In this document: piece by piece, positions 1 to 9,626 of the stretch | Position numbering within the stretch: the stretch's first letter is position 1 | Layout: each line of letters opens with the position of its first letter | Assembly (NCBI GenBank): GCA_041664465.1 | Contig: JBAYKP010000001.1 | Location: 4,204-68,203, forward strand | Source: Minisyncoccota bacterium | Lineage (GTDB): Bacteria > Patescibacteriota > Minisyncoccia > Phycocordibacterales > UBA9973 | DNA: 64,000 nt | Direction of reading: 5' to 3' | Notes under the pieces: generated by a model | The model's database searches: none | What the model was told of the DNA's origin: nothing | Seen by the model: the letters and a program-made list of their open reading frames with translations, nothing else | Program-made: the position numbers and the translations under genes

Positions 1-38
1 CTATTCAAAGTAAGTTCTATATCTATGACCATATTCTT

Positions 39-926
39 TTATAAATTATTAAATAGTTTCAAGCGATTGTAGACTACTTGTTCTATGGCGAGGACGGCAG
101 GGACGAGGATTTTGTATGGGGCGACTTCGGAGGGGTTATCCGTTAGGAATTTTTGGAGAGCTTCTTTGTAGGCTACACGAATTTCAGTATTGATGTGGAT
201 GATAGATATACCGACTTTGATTGCATTTGTGAAATCAATATCGGCAATTCCTGAGCCACCATGGAGGACGAGTGGTACTCCACAAGCCTCTTTAATATTT
301 TTTATTCTTTCTATATCTAGTCTTGGATTGCCTCCTGTTACCATTCCGTGAATATTCCCGACTGATGGAGCAAGTAAATTTATGCCTGTCTGTTCTACAA
401 AATATTTTGCATCCTCTGGCTTCGTCATTGTCGCTTCACTTACACCTTCTGGAATTGCATCTAGAATTTTAGAAGATTGGCCAATGAATCCAAGCTCTGC
501 TTCTATCAAGATATCTCTACTCTCTTTCTCTCCTAATTCTTTCGCAAAATCCACGCATTTTTTGGTAAGTGAAATATTCTCATCGAGTGGTAGTTTTACG
601 GCGTCTATGATAGCAGAATCGTATCCAGCGTCGAGAGCGGCTTTCACTGATTCTAAGCTATAATGATGATCTGCATTTAAGAATATTGGATAATTATCTT
701 TTTCTTTAATTTCTTTTACAAGCACAGTCACTTCATCTCTACCAATGAATTCTTCTTCTCCTTCTGAGACTCCGATAACAACGGGGACTAAATGCCCAAC
801 TTCTCCTGATAATTTCTTACTAGCATTATATATACCGTGCAAAGCCTCTATATTTGAAATATTAAAATGCCCGATGGCTACCCCCTTTTCACTTGCTTCT
901 TGTATATATTCTCTTAAAGTTTTCAT
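39..926 (-). CDS. fba: Class II fructose-bisphosphate aldolase
   Basis: 295 aa; HFNISN..., LHGGSG and metal-binding His motifs typical of class II FBA/tagatose-bisphosphate aldolase. Confidence 0.85.
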   Translation of the reverse strand: MKTLREYIQEASEKGVAIGHFNISNIEALHGIYNASKKLSGEVGHLVPVVIGVSEGEEEFIGRDEVTVLVKEIKEKDNYPIFLNADHHYSLESVKAALDAGYDSAIIDAVKLPLDENISLTKKCVDFAKELGEKESRDILIEAELGFIGQSSKILDAIPEGVSEATMTKPEDAKYFVEQTGINLLAPSVGNIHGMVTGGNPRLDIERIKNIKEACGVPLVLHGGSGIADIDFTNAIKVGISIIHINTEIRVAYKEALQKFLTDNPSEVAPYKILVPAVLAIEQVVYNRLKLFNNL

Positions 927-945
927 CTTTTAATTATATCATATT

Positions 946-1962
946 ATGGTACAATATGAATATATGGAAAAAGATAAACCAATTGATTTTCTGGCTATAG
1001 GAGATATAGCAACTGAGCCATTTATTAGAATTACAGATGCAGAGGCCAATTGCGACCTGCAAGGAGAACATTGCAAAATATGCTTTCGCTTTGGAGATAA
1101 GGTTCCTTATGAATCAGCAGAAGTATGCCATGCCCTAGGTAATAGTCCCAATGTCGCAGTCGGGGCAAGCAAGCTTGGTATAAATACTTCTCTTATTTCT
1201 TATGTGGGGGATGATTTAGTAGGTAAACAAGACATAGAGTCTTTAATGAAAGATGGAGTGAATATAGATCATATGAAAATTGTGCCGGGAATGGAGTCCA
1301 ACTACCATTACGTTCTTTGGTATGCCAATGAGAGGACTATTCTTGTAAAGCATACAGAATTCCCCTATTCATTTGGCGATGATACACCAGAAGCAAAATG
1401 GGTCTTTCTTTCTTCTCTCGCTTCAAATTCTACGGAGTATCATAAAGAAATAGGGAATTATTTGAAAAAGTATCCAGATACCAAGCTTATCTTTCAACCT
1501 GGGACTTTTCAAATAAAACTTGGTACAGAAATATTGAAAGATATTTATGAAAGAACGGAAATTCTTTTCTGTAATATCGTTGAAGTCAAAAGAATTTTAA
1601 ATACAGAGGAAAATGATAAGATTAAACTCTTAGAGCATTTACGTTTACTAGGACCCAAAATAGTAGTAATAACTGATGGATTAAATGGAGCGTATGCTTA
1701 TGATGGCACTGAGGCTTTATTTGTTCCTGTATATAGCAAAGAATCTTTTGAATCTACTGGTGCAGGCGATGCTTTCGCTAGTGCGATGATATCGGCTTTG
1801 ATATTAGGTAAAAGTTTGAAAGAAGCTTTCACTTGGGGTCCTATCAATGCTATGTCTGTCGTATCACAAGTCGGTGCACAGAAAGGATTACTTTCTAGAG
1901 AGAAATTGGAAGAGTATTTAGCAAATGCTCCGGAGGATTATAAGGTAATTAAGATTAATTAA
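946..1962 (+). CDS. PfkB-family (ribokinase-like) carbohydrate kinase
   Basis: 338 aa; C-terminal TGAGDAF(A) PfkB signature; adjacent to fba/tkt cluster, substrate not determinable. Confidence 0.7.
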   Translation: MVQYEYMEKDKPIDFLAIGDIATEPFIRITDAEANCDLQGEHCKICFRFGDKVPYESAEVCHALGNSPNVAVGASKLGINTSLISYVGDDLVGKQDIESLMKDGVNIDHMKIVPGMESNYHYVLWYANERTILVKHTEFPYSFGDDTPEAKWVFLSSLASNSTEYHKEIGNYLKKYPDTKLIFQPGTFQIKLGTEILKDIYERTEILFCNIVEVKRILNTEENDKIKLLEHLRLLGPKIVVITDGLNGAYAYDGTEALFVPVYSKESFESTGAGDAFASAMISALILGKSLKEAFTWGPINAMSVVSQVGAQKGLLSREKLEEYLANAPEDYKVIKIN

Positions 1963-1966
1963 ATTT

Positions 1967-2449
1967 ATGAAAGAATTTTTGAATAAAAATTTGGTTACTA
2001 GAATTGAAGCTGAAGCAAATAAAAATCCAAAATTTGGGACTCAAATTTATGAGCTTAAACGCTTGGATACTGATATTAACGAATTAGAAGCCAAAATAGC
2101 AGAGAGAGAAAAACTTACAGATAACATTAATGATCTGATAGCTTTTCGTGAAGAATATGAGTTAGTTGAACTTTTGATACTTCTAAAAGAGAAAAGATAT
2201 AAAATTATCCACGAAGGAAATTCAAGAGTTACAATTTCTGAAAATGAAGAAGTGGATAAAATAGAACAAGAATCTTATAAAATAAATGTTGAGAAAAGTG
2301 ACAGTATCATATCTCAAATTGATAATCTTATGTTTAAAATATTGCAAATAAAAACAAATCCTCCAGAAACAAGTTCAGAACAAAAGGAAAAAAATTTAGA
2401 AATTAAAAAAATTCTAAAAGAAATTGATATTTTAACGAGAGTCAATTAA
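1967..2449 (+). CDS. hypothetical coiled-coil protein
   Basis: 160 aa, Lys/Glu-rich, no recognisable motif; good coding periodicity, 4 nt after upstream gene. Confidence 0.3.
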   Translation: MKEFLNKNLVTRIEAEANKNPKFGTQIYELKRLDTDINELEAKIAEREKLTDNINDLIAFREEYELVELLILLKEKRYKIIHEGNSRVTISENEEVDKIEQESYKINVEKSDSIISQIDNLMFKILQIKTNPPETSSEQKEKNLEIKKILKEIDILTRVN

Positions 2450-3460
2450 TCTTCTTACTGCTTCTATTATACTTTCTGTATCTATTTTATAATACTTGGC
2501 AAGTTCTTCGGGTTTTCCTGATTGACCAAACTTATCTTTTATACCCACGAATTCTATTCTTGTAGGATAGAATTCGCTTAAACATTCTGCAACTGCGCTC
2601 CCCATTCCTCCAGCTATTTGGTGATCTTCTATTGTCACTATATGTTTTGTTTCTTTCGCTAGTGATATTATGGCTTCTTTATCAAGAGGTTTAATTGTTG
2701 AAAGATTCATAACTTTTATTTTTATTCCTTCACTCTCTAATTTTTTAGCAGCCATCAAAGCATTATATAAAACAGGTCCTGTGGCTATTATACCTACTTC
2801 TGCTAAACCATTTTCTGGGCCAAAGACTATTTGTGCTTTACCTATTTCAAAAGGAGTTTCGTTGGTAGTTATTATAGGGGTATCATTTCTAGCACATCTT
2901 AAGTATGTAGGATTTTTAGTTTTAGCAAGAGCCTCTGTTGCCTTCTTGGCTTCTATCGCATCACAAGGCGAAATTACTACCATATTGGGAAGTACACGAG
3001 TAAGGGCTATGTCTTCAAGCATTTGATGGCTTCCTCCATCAGGTCCGACAGAAAGCCCAGCATGAGAGCCGATAATTTTGACATTTTGATTGTTGTAGCA
3101 AATAGTTGTTCTTATTTGTTCCCAATTTCTTCCTGGATTAAAAATTGCATATGAAGCTATAAAAGGAATCTTACCCATAGCTGCCATTCCACTTGCCACA
3201 CTAGCCATGTTTTGTTCTGCTATGCCTACTTCTATAAAACGTTTAGGAAATTTATCAGCAAAAAGATTCATTTTTACTGATTCCAACAAATCAGCACAAA
3301 GTCCGACAACTTTTTCATCGTCAATTGCAGCTAAAAGTAAACCTTCGCCAAATCCGGCCCTCGTAGACTTTTTCTCCACACCTGCCCCGTTGGAAGTACT
3401 CTTTCCTTCGGGGTCAGAATTAAAAATTTTAGTATTTAGTTTTAAATTTTGATTAAGCAT
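2432..3460 (-). CDS. Transketolase, C-terminal (pyrimidine-binding) subunit
   Basis: 342 aa; GIAEQNMASVASGMA..., Tkt C-terminal domain; split tkt arrangement with next gene. Confidence 0.85.
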   Translation of the reverse strand: MLNQNLKLNTKIFNSDPEGKSTSNGAGVEKKSTRAGFGEGLLLAAIDDEKVVGLCADLLESVKMNLFADKFPKRFIEVGIAEQNMASVASGMAAMGKIPFIASYAIFNPGRNWEQIRTTICYNNQNVKIIGSHAGLSVGPDGGSHQMLEDIALTRVLPNMVVISPCDAIEAKKATEALAKTKNPTYLRCARNDTPIITTNETPFEIGKAQIVFGPENGLAEVGIIATGPVLYNALMAAKKLESEGIKIKVMNLSTIKPLDKEAIISLAKETKHIVTIEDHQIAGGMGSAVAECLSEFYPTRIEFVGIKDKFGQSGKPEELAKYYKIDTESIIEAVRRLIDSR

Positions 3461-3461
3461 A

Positions 3462-4313
3462 TTATTTTAATTTGTCTCCTCGCATGTTTAACTCTTTAAT
3501 AGCCATTTCATATTGATCTTTATTAGGAGCAATACCATGCCACTTATAATCATTTTCCCATTCTTTTACACCCTTACCTGGGATAGTATTGGCAATAATA
3601 ACTGATGGCTTCCATTTTGTATTTTTGGCATGATAAATAGCGTGATTAATTTCTCTGAAATCATTTCCATTAATTTTTTGCACATCCCAATTAAAAGATT
3701 TCCATTTATCTTCTAAGACACTAAGAGGCATGACTTCTTCAGTTGTTCCATCTATCTGTATGAAATTACGATCCACGATAACTATTAAGTTATCGAGTTT
3801 GTATTTAGCTCCAAGCATTATCGCTTCCCAATTTTGCCCTTCATTTAATTCTCCGTCGCCAACCATGCAATATATTGTTTTATCTATTCCATTATCCATC
3901 CGAGACGCTATTGCCATACCTACTGCTTGTGATAAACCTTCACCTAAGGGTCCTGAAGAAGTATCTACCTGAGGGAGGAATTCACGATGAGGATGTCCTT
4001 GGAGGTGTGTACCAAACTTGCGAAGAGTTTTCAATTCTTCAATTTTGAAATATCCCGCATGTGCCATAGTGGCATAAAGTACAGGGCAAATATGACCATT
4101 GGAGAGTACTAGGCGATCTCTTTCCATCCAATATGGGTTCTCTGGCTTATGTCTAAGTGCATTGAAATAAAGATAGGTAAATACATCAGTCATTCCAAGT
4201 GCGCCTGCTGTATGACCAGAGCCAGCTAAGTAAAGCATCTCTACTATACTCTTACGAATATCGTTCGCTTTAATTTTTAACTCTTCTATTGTTTCATCTT
4301 TAATAGTTTCCAT
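3462..4313 (-). CDS. Transketolase, N-terminal (TPP-binding) subunit
   Basis: 283 aa; GSGHTAGALGM... GDGELNEGQNWEA TPP-binding motif; 1-nt gap to C-terminal subunit. Confidence 0.85.
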   Translation of the reverse strand: METIKDETIEELKIKANDIRKSIVEMLYLAGSGHTAGALGMTDVFTYLYFNALRHKPENPYWMERDRLVLSNGHICPVLYATMAHAGYFKIEELKTLRKFGTHLQGHPHREFLPQVDTSSGPLGEGLSQAVGMAIASRMDNGIDKTIYCMVGDGELNEGQNWEAIMLGAKYKLDNLIVIVDRNFIQIDGTTEEVMPLSVLEDKWKSFNWDVQKINGNDFREINHAIYHAKNTKWKPSVIIANTIPGKGVKEWENDYKWHGIAPNKDQYEMAIKELNMRGDKLK

Positions 4314-4314
4314 A

Positions 4315-5001
4315 TTACAAATTTTCTAATTCTTTCATAGTTTCTTTTACATCAAAACTTCTCATAAGAGCACTTCCAACTACTAATCTATTTGCTCCAG
4401 CTTTTACTAATCTTGGAGCTGTTTCTTCATTTACGCATCCATCAACACTTATAATTAAATCGGGGTATTGGGATTTCAAATCTTCAATCTGATTTAAAAC
4501 TCTGTCATCAAATGATTCCCCTTGAAAACCAATATGTAGGATACCCATACATTGTACAAAATCTATAGAATTTATAAAAGGGAAAAGTTTCTCTATGGCG
4601 GTGGTTGTATTTATTGCGATTCCTATTTCTAGGTTCTCTCTGGTATATGGATCTATGGAGTTTATAAATTCTTTAAGCTCATCTTCATTTTCGGCTTCTA
4701 GATGAAATATTATCCTTTTAGCCCCAAGTCTTACAAAAAAGTCGAATTGCTTAATTGCATCTTTCACCATCAAATCAAATTCAAAATCTAAATTTTCCCA
4801 ATATGGCATTCCCTCTTCCTTGTCTAATATTAAGGCTACGCTTTCCGCATCGTTTCTATCCATTGGCCAAGATTTTGACTCAACGAATTTACCGTCGCAA
4901 ATATCTATTTGTACTATACGTGCTATGTTTACAACATTTGCGATTTTTTGTCGCAAATCATTTATATCTTTAGCTAAAATTGCTGGTATAACTTCGGTCA
5001 T
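4315..5001 (-). CDS. rpe: Ribulose-phosphate 3-epimerase
   Basis: 228 aa; IQIDICDGKFV resembles the RPE HxDxMDGxFVPN metal site; TIM-barrel length and PPP context. Confidence 0.7.
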   Translation of the reverse strand: MTEVIPAILAKDINDLRQKIANVVNIARIVQIDICDGKFVESKSWPMDRNDAESVALILDKEEGMPYWENLDFEFDLMVKDAIKQFDFFVRLGAKRIIFHLEAENEDELKEFINSIDPYTRENLEIGIAINTTTAIEKLFPFINSIDFVQCMGILHIGFQGESFDDRVLNQIEDLKSQYPDLIISVDGCVNEETAPRLVKAGANRLVVGSALMRSFDVKETMKELENL

Positions 5002-5003
5002 AG

Positions 5004-5453
5004 TTACTTTTCTTCTTCATTTATTTTATTAATTCTTCTTACGTGGCGTTCATCATTTGTAAAAGGAGTATTCATAAATAATAGAATGGCATTTTTAGCT
5101 TCATCTTCTGTTATGAATCTTGCGCCAAGGGAAAGTATGTTAGCGTTATTATGCTCTCTGCCAAGCTTCACGATCTCTAAGTTACCGCCATAGAATTCTA
5201 TCGCCCTCACGCCATCTACTTTGTTTGCTGAGATTTGTTCTCCTTCACCAGTCCCGCCAATAATTATTCCAAGTGATTTACTATCTTTAACGACAGCTTC
5301 TGCAACTGGGATGATAAAGTCAGGATAATCATCTTCATTGTCTAGCATAAAAGCCCCCTTATCTACAACTTCAATGTTGAGACTTTGCATGTATGTCTTT
5401 AATTTTTCTTTAAGTTCGTATCCCGCGTGGTCACTACCGATGTATATTTTCAT
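5004..5453 (-). CDS. rpiB: Ribose-5-phosphate isomerase B
   Basis: MKIYIGSDHAGYELKEKL... RpiB/LacAB family; ORF-track N-terminal extension (to 5573) runs over a terminator hairpin, so start placed at internal Met preceded by a TATAAT box. Confidence 0.85.
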   Translation of the reverse strand: MKIYIGSDHAGYELKEKLKTYMQSLNIEVVDKGAFMLDNEDDYPDFIIPVAEAVVKDSKSLGIIIGGTGEGEQISANKVDGVRAIEFYGGNLEIVKLGREHNNANILSLGARFITEDEAKNAILLFMNTPFTNDERHVRRINKINEEEK

Positions 5454-5542
5454 ATGTGTATTATATAACAATTTAATAAAAATCAGAAATAGTTTTGAGC
5501 TTAGGATGATGTTCGAATGAGTATCATAAATGAAAAATAAAA

Positions 5543-5571
5543 AGGGACACGGATGTGCCCCTTTTTTCTTC
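5543..5571 (-). terminator. rho-independent terminator (GGGGCAC-ATCC-GTGTCCC + T-run on minus strand)
   Basis: GC-rich 7-bp stem followed by TTTTTATTTTT on the coding strand, immediately downstream of the 70-aa ORF. Confidence 0.5.
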
Positions 5572-5585
5572 AACTTTTAAACCCT

Positions 5586-5798
5586 TCAACTAATCAATGC
5601 TATCACCGTGTCATAAACAACAAAAGTGCAACTGATAGTTATAAAGTACTCAGAACCATCTGATTTCACTTTATGGGGGTTAGAACAATTCTCATAGAGG
5701 TCTTTACTTCCTTCCAGAATTTCCTTAACTGAGGATAGTTCTGAAAGATTTCCACGAACCTCAAAAACAACATCTTTGGGGGGAATAATTGTTTTCAT
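5586..5798 (-). CDS. hypothetical small protein (70 aa)
   Basis: ORF followed directly by a terminator; no motif recognised. Confidence 0.3.
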   Translation of the reverse strand: MKTIIPPKDVVFEVRGNLSELSSVKEILEGSKDLYENCSNPHKVKSDGSEYFITISCTFVVYDTVIALIS

Positions 5799-5904
5799 AA
5801 TTTTTATTATTGGTAATACAACTTCTATCTCACATTACATTTTTCATTTTGTAAAGTCAAGTGCTGTTTTGATAAAATTTAGTATAGGTTATAATGATTG
5901 ATAT

Positions 5905-6696
5905 ATGATTAATTTCCATAAATACCATGGTGCTGGGAATGACTTTATAATGATAAACAACTTGGATAAGAGTATTTTCCTTACATCTCTAGATATAAGC
6001 CTATATTGTGATAGGAATTTTGGTATTGGTGCAGATGGTATTATTCTTTTAGAGCCTTCTGCAAAGGCAGATTGCTTTATGAATTATTATAATTCTGATG
6101 GAAGCTTAGCAGAGATGTGTGGTAATGGCGCCCGCTGTACAGCGAAGTTCTACTTGAAAGAAACTGGGGAAGATATAAAAGAAATACACCTTGAAACTCG
6201 TGCAGGTGTAAAGAATATAAAAGTAAATGAAGACGATACTTACTCTGTAGATATGGGAGCACCTATGTTTGAAAGTTCAGATTTCTCTACTGGTACATTA
6301 AAACTTGAAGGTTTTGATTTTAATTGTGTATCTATGGGGAATCCTCATGCAGTTGCCATAGTAGAAGACTTAGAAAAGATAGATTTGAAAACTATTGGGC
6401 CCAAAATAGAAAATAATGAAAACTTTCCAAATAAAATAAACGTAGAATTTGTACAAAAAATAATGAATGACTACTATAAAGTCAAAGTCTGGGAACGTGG
6501 TTGTGGAGCAACTCTTGCTTGTGGTACTGGTGCTTGTGCAGTTTATTCAATCTTGAATAAACTTTCCCCTAGGCAAGGCCTCGGGGAAGAAATTACCTTA
6601 GAATTCCCTGGTGGAAAGCTCTATTTATCTAAAAATGAACAAAGCCACGTAATCCTACGTGGCCCTGCTACTTTTGTATTTGAAGGAAAGATATAA
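5905..6696 (+). CDS. dapF: Diaminopimelate epimerase
   Basis: 263 aa; HGAGNDF and MCGNGARC active-site motifs. Confidence 0.85.
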   Translation: MINFHKYHGAGNDFIMINNLDKSIFLTSLDISLYCDRNFGIGADGIILLEPSAKADCFMNYYNSDGSLAEMCGNGARCTAKFYLKETGEDIKEIHLETRAGVKNIKVNEDDTYSVDMGAPMFESSDFSTGTLKLEGFDFNCVSMGNPHAVAIVEDLEKIDLKTIGPKIENNENFPNKINVEFVQKIMNDYYKVKVWERGCGATLACGTGACAVYSILNKLSPRQGLGEEITLEFPGGKLYLSKNEQSHVILRGPATFVFEGKI

Positions 6697-6706
6697 ATAA
6701 AGAATC

Positions 6707-6910
6707 TTAACTTTGCAACACACTTTTTTCATACGTTATTAATGAGGCAGAGAATATAGTGCCAAATTTAATTTGAGTTAAATTTCTTGAAGAGCAATTC
6801 TTCCCTACCATGTCACACCCATCAATAGTTATTATTGTGAAGTGAGGAAAGACTGGAAAGAAAAAAGAAAGTATGATATACACTAAAACTATTATAAGAA
6901 TTTTTTTCAT
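6707..6910 (-). CDS. hypothetical small membrane/secreted protein (67 aa)
   Basis: N-terminal hydrophobic segment; no homology recognised; could be spurious. Confidence 0.2.
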   Translation of the reverse strand: MKKILIIVLVYIILSFFFPVFPHFTIITIDGCDMVGKNCSSRNLTQIKFGTIFSASLITYEKSVLQS

Positions 6911-6912
6911 AA

Positions 6913-7977
6913 TTATTTAATACTCTGTCCTGTTTTGATAACGTGGTCTACGAGTGTGTAGGTATACCCCATTTCGTTGTCATACCAGCCCATAACTTTT
7001 ACTAGATTGCCTCCGACAACGCGAGTCATTTCAAGGTCTGCTATGCAAGCATGGCTTTCTTCAAGAATATCAGATGAGACTAAGTTGTCTTCTGTGATAG
7101 TGAAGAGTTTATGCCAGCGAGAATCAAGAGCTGCCTTTTTCATAATCTCATTCACCTCTTCTTTAGTTGTATCTCTTTTAGCTATGAAAGTAATATCTAC
7201 TATTGAGCCTGCTGGAACTGGAACGCGGATAGATATACCATCAAATAAACCTTTCAATACTGGGAAAGCTTCTGTGACAGCAATAGCGGCACCTGTGGAT
7301 GAAGGAATGATGTTCTGTGCTGCTGCACGACCTTCGCGAAGGTCTTTCTTGCTTGGGCCATCTACGAGTGCTTGAGTAGCTGTGTATCCATGAACTGTGT
7401 TTAAGATTGCTTTTTCTATGCCTATAGATTCGTGCATTATAGCGATAAGTGGTGAAGCGGCATTTGTAGTACATGAAGCGTTGGAAGTGATATCACAAGT
7501 GCCAAACTTTTCTTCATTTATACCAAGGAGAATTGTTGCGCCAGGAGTTGTACTTTCAGCACCCCCGCCTTGACTCGGCGAGGCAGGTTTTGCTGGAGCT
7601 GTAATCACAACCTTTTTAGCACCTTGATCAATATGGAACTTGGCTTTGTCATACGAAGTGAAGAGGCCTGTGGATTCTACTACTACGTCTATATCTAAAT
7701 CCTTCCAAGGAAGCTTAGTGGTATCTTTTTCTGAAAGGTATACTATTTTTCTTTCATCAATAATTAAGTTACTTGTCCCGTTAGAATTGTCCTCGGTTCG
7801 CACGGGATGGTCCCAGTTTTTATAAACAGTATCGTGACGAAGCAAATATGAAAGACTTGCAATTGATCCAAGGTCATTAATTGCTACTATTTCAATCTCG
7901 GGATTCTCCCAAGTAATTTTCAAAAATGCTCTTCCAATTCTTCCGAAACCATTTATTGCAACTCTTATTTTTTTCAT
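6913..7977 (-). CDS. gapA: Glyceraldehyde-3-phosphate dehydrogenase
   Basis: MKKIRVAINGFGRIGR NAD-binding N-terminus, ASCTTN catalytic Cys motif; start placed at Met8 of ORF. Confidence 0.9.
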   Translation of the reverse strand: MKKIRVAINGFGRIGRAFLKITWENPEIEIVAINDLGSIASLSYLLRHDTVYKNWDHPVRTEDNSNGTSNLIIDERKIVYLSEKDTTKLPWKDLDIDVVVESTGLFTSYDKAKFHIDQGAKKVVITAPAKPASPSQGGGAESTTPGATILLGINEEKFGTCDITSNASCTTNAASPLIAIMHESIGIEKAILNTVHGYTATQALVDGPSKKDLREGRAAAQNIIPSSTGAAIAVTEAFPVLKGLFDGISIRVPVPAGSIVDITFIAKRDTTKEEVNEIMKKAALDSRWHKLFTITEDNLVSSDILEESHACIADLEMTRVVGGNLVKVMGWYDNEMGYTYTLVDHVIKTGQSIK

Positions 7978-7983
7978 ATATTT

Positions 7984-8023
7984 TCTTTGGCTCGCCATAG
8001 CTTTCTGCGTAGGCGGTTAATTA
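7984..8023. repeat. 40-bp intergenic repeat, copy 1 (TCTTyGGCTCGCCrTAGCTTTCTGCGTAGGCGGyTAATwA)
   Basis: 34/38 identical to 42135-42174; GC-rich relative to surroundings; sits between gatB stop and gapA start. Confidence 0.6.
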
Positions 8024-9436
8024 TGCTAATAATTCTTTTAATATTTTCTGCACAAGGGCTGGGTTGGCAGAACCCGAACTTTCTTTCATAACTTGACCAA
8101 CTAAGGACATTATAGCATTTTCTTTGCCTCCTTTGTATGTTTCTACGACGGCAGGATTTGCATCTATGACCATTTGGACTATTTTTTTAAGTGCTCCTTC
8201 ATCGTGATTTTGTATCAAACCTTTTTCTTTAGCAATTTTCTCAGGTGATTCATCCTTCACTACAATAATAGCGAGGATATCTTTAGCTCCACGAGATGAA
8301 ATATCTCCTTTTGTGACCATATCAATAAGCTCTACAAAGTTCTTTTCACTTGGGAGTTGAGCTCCTAAGTTAACCTTTTTTATTCCTAAATAATCAGAAG
8401 TTATATAATTTGAAGCAGTTTTAACTTTCTCTTTATCTTTAAGTGTATTGGCAACTTGTTCAAACCAGCGACCAAGCTCTTGGTCAACAATATAACTTTC
8501 TATGTCTTCATCTTTTATTCCATAATCATTTCTATAACGATTCCTCTTTGCTTCTGGAAGCTCTGGAAGCTCACTACGCATTTTCTCTATATCAAAAATT
8601 TTAGAGAGGAAAAGCTTTGGAAGATCTGGATCTGGGAAGTATCTATAATCATTAGCATTCTCTTTCTTACGTTGGGAGAAAGTAGACTGCTTGTTCTCAT
8701 CCCAGCCACGAGTTTCTTGAACTATTTCATCCCCCTTCCCTGCATCAAGAAGAGCCGACATCCTCTTCGTCTCGTATTCTGCAGCACGCTCCATAGCCTT
8801 GAAAGAATTTATATTTTTCACTTCTACTTTAGTGCCGAAAATTTTTGGATCTTCTGATATTGAAATATTAAGCTCTACACGCATTTGGCCTTTCTCCATA
8901 TTGGCTTCTGAAACTCCGAGATAACGAAGTACTGCTTGAAGTTCACGTCCGAAATCTCCTGCTTGCTTGGCAGAATGAATGACAGGCTCTGTGACAAGCT
9001 CCATAAGAGGCACTCCTGCACGATTGAAGTCTACTAGAGAGTAGTCGCCTCGGTCGTGTTTACTTGTAGCTGTATCTTCTTCTAGGTGTACACGAGTAAT
9101 CTCTACGCCGTGGAGAGAACCACCGGAGACGATTGGATATTTGTATTGAGAAATCTGATAAGCCTTAGGTATATCTGGATAAAAGTAATTCTTACGATCA
9201 AATTCTGTAAAATCCGCAATTTTTGCACCAAGTGCAAGACCCACCTTGATGACACTTTCCATTGCCTTTTTATTGATAACAGGCAGGGTCCCTGGATGAG
9301 CCATACAGACTGGGCAGATATTTACGTTTGGCTTCACTTCATCTGGATCATTCTTGCACCCACAAAACATCTTTGAATTAGTATTTAGTTCGGCATGAAT
9401 TTCGAGCCCGATAGTAGTATAGTATTGTTTGGACAT
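8021..9436 (-). CDS. gatB: Asp-tRNA(Asn)/Glu-tRNA(Gln) amidotransferase subunit B
   Basis: 471 aa; N-terminal TIGLEIHAELNTNSKMFCGC typical of GatB; no gatA/gatC adjacent. Confidence 0.9.
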   Translation of the reverse strand: MSKQYYTTIGLEIHAELNTNSKMFCGCKNDPDEVKPNVNICPVCMAHPGTLPVINKKAMESVIKVGLALGAKIADFTEFDRKNYFYPDIPKAYQISQYKYPIVSGGSLHGVEITRVHLEEDTATSKHDRGDYSLVDFNRAGVPLMELVTEPVIHSAKQAGDFGRELQAVLRYLGVSEANMEKGQMRVELNISISEDPKIFGTKVEVKNINSFKAMERAAEYETKRMSALLDAGKGDEIVQETRGWDENKQSTFSQRKKENANDYRYFPDPDLPKLFLSKIFDIEKMRSELPELPEAKRNRYRNDYGIKDEDIESYIVDQELGRWFEQVANTLKDKEKVKTASNYITSDYLGIKKVNLGAQLPSEKNFVELIDMVTKGDISSRGAKDILAIIVVKDESPEKIAKEKGLIQNHDEGALKKIVQMVIDANPAVVETYKGGKENAIMSLVGQVMKESSGSANPALVQKILKELLA

Positions 9437-9502
9437 ATAAGGAGTATAGCAAAATTTGTAAAAATTTGAAAATTATGTAAGAATATTAGCTGTAAGTCAT
9501 TT

Positions 9503-9584
9503 GCCCGAGTGGCGGAATTGGTATACGCGCACGACTTAAAATCGTGTCTCGTAAGGGATGTGGGTTCGACCCCCACCTCGGGCA
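9503..9584 (+). tRNA. tRNA-Leu (anticodon UAA)
   Basis: Cloverleaf folded by hand: acceptor GCCCGAG/CTCGGGC, anticodon stem CACGA/TCGTG, loop CTTAAAA (anticodon TAA), long variable arm, T-arm GTGGG-TTCGACC-CCCAC, discriminator A; no encoded CCA. Confidence 0.85.
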
Positions 9585-9626
9585 CAAATGAAAAATCTAA
9601 TGAAGTCGGACTTCCTTAGTTTTTAT

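Noticed and set aside
382-663. Numerous 60-130-aa ORFs in the track lying antisense to or embedded in strong genes (e.g. 382-663, 2670-3026, 3730-3972, 8456-8857, 10219-10494, 20321-20587, 23607-23882, 52116-52382, 53022-53417)
   Set aside because: Shadow ORFs typical of AT-rich DNA; the overlapping frame has clear homology and they have low-complexity composition.
5454-5573. N-terminal extension of rpiB ORF (MKKKGAHPCPFLFF...)
   Set aside because: Extension runs through a terminator hairpin and a TATAAT box; internal MKIYIGSDHAG start matches the RpiB family.
9385-9585. 66-aa minus-strand ORF overlapping tRNA-Leu
   Set aside because: Region folds into a canonical tRNA on the plus strand; ORF is an artefact.
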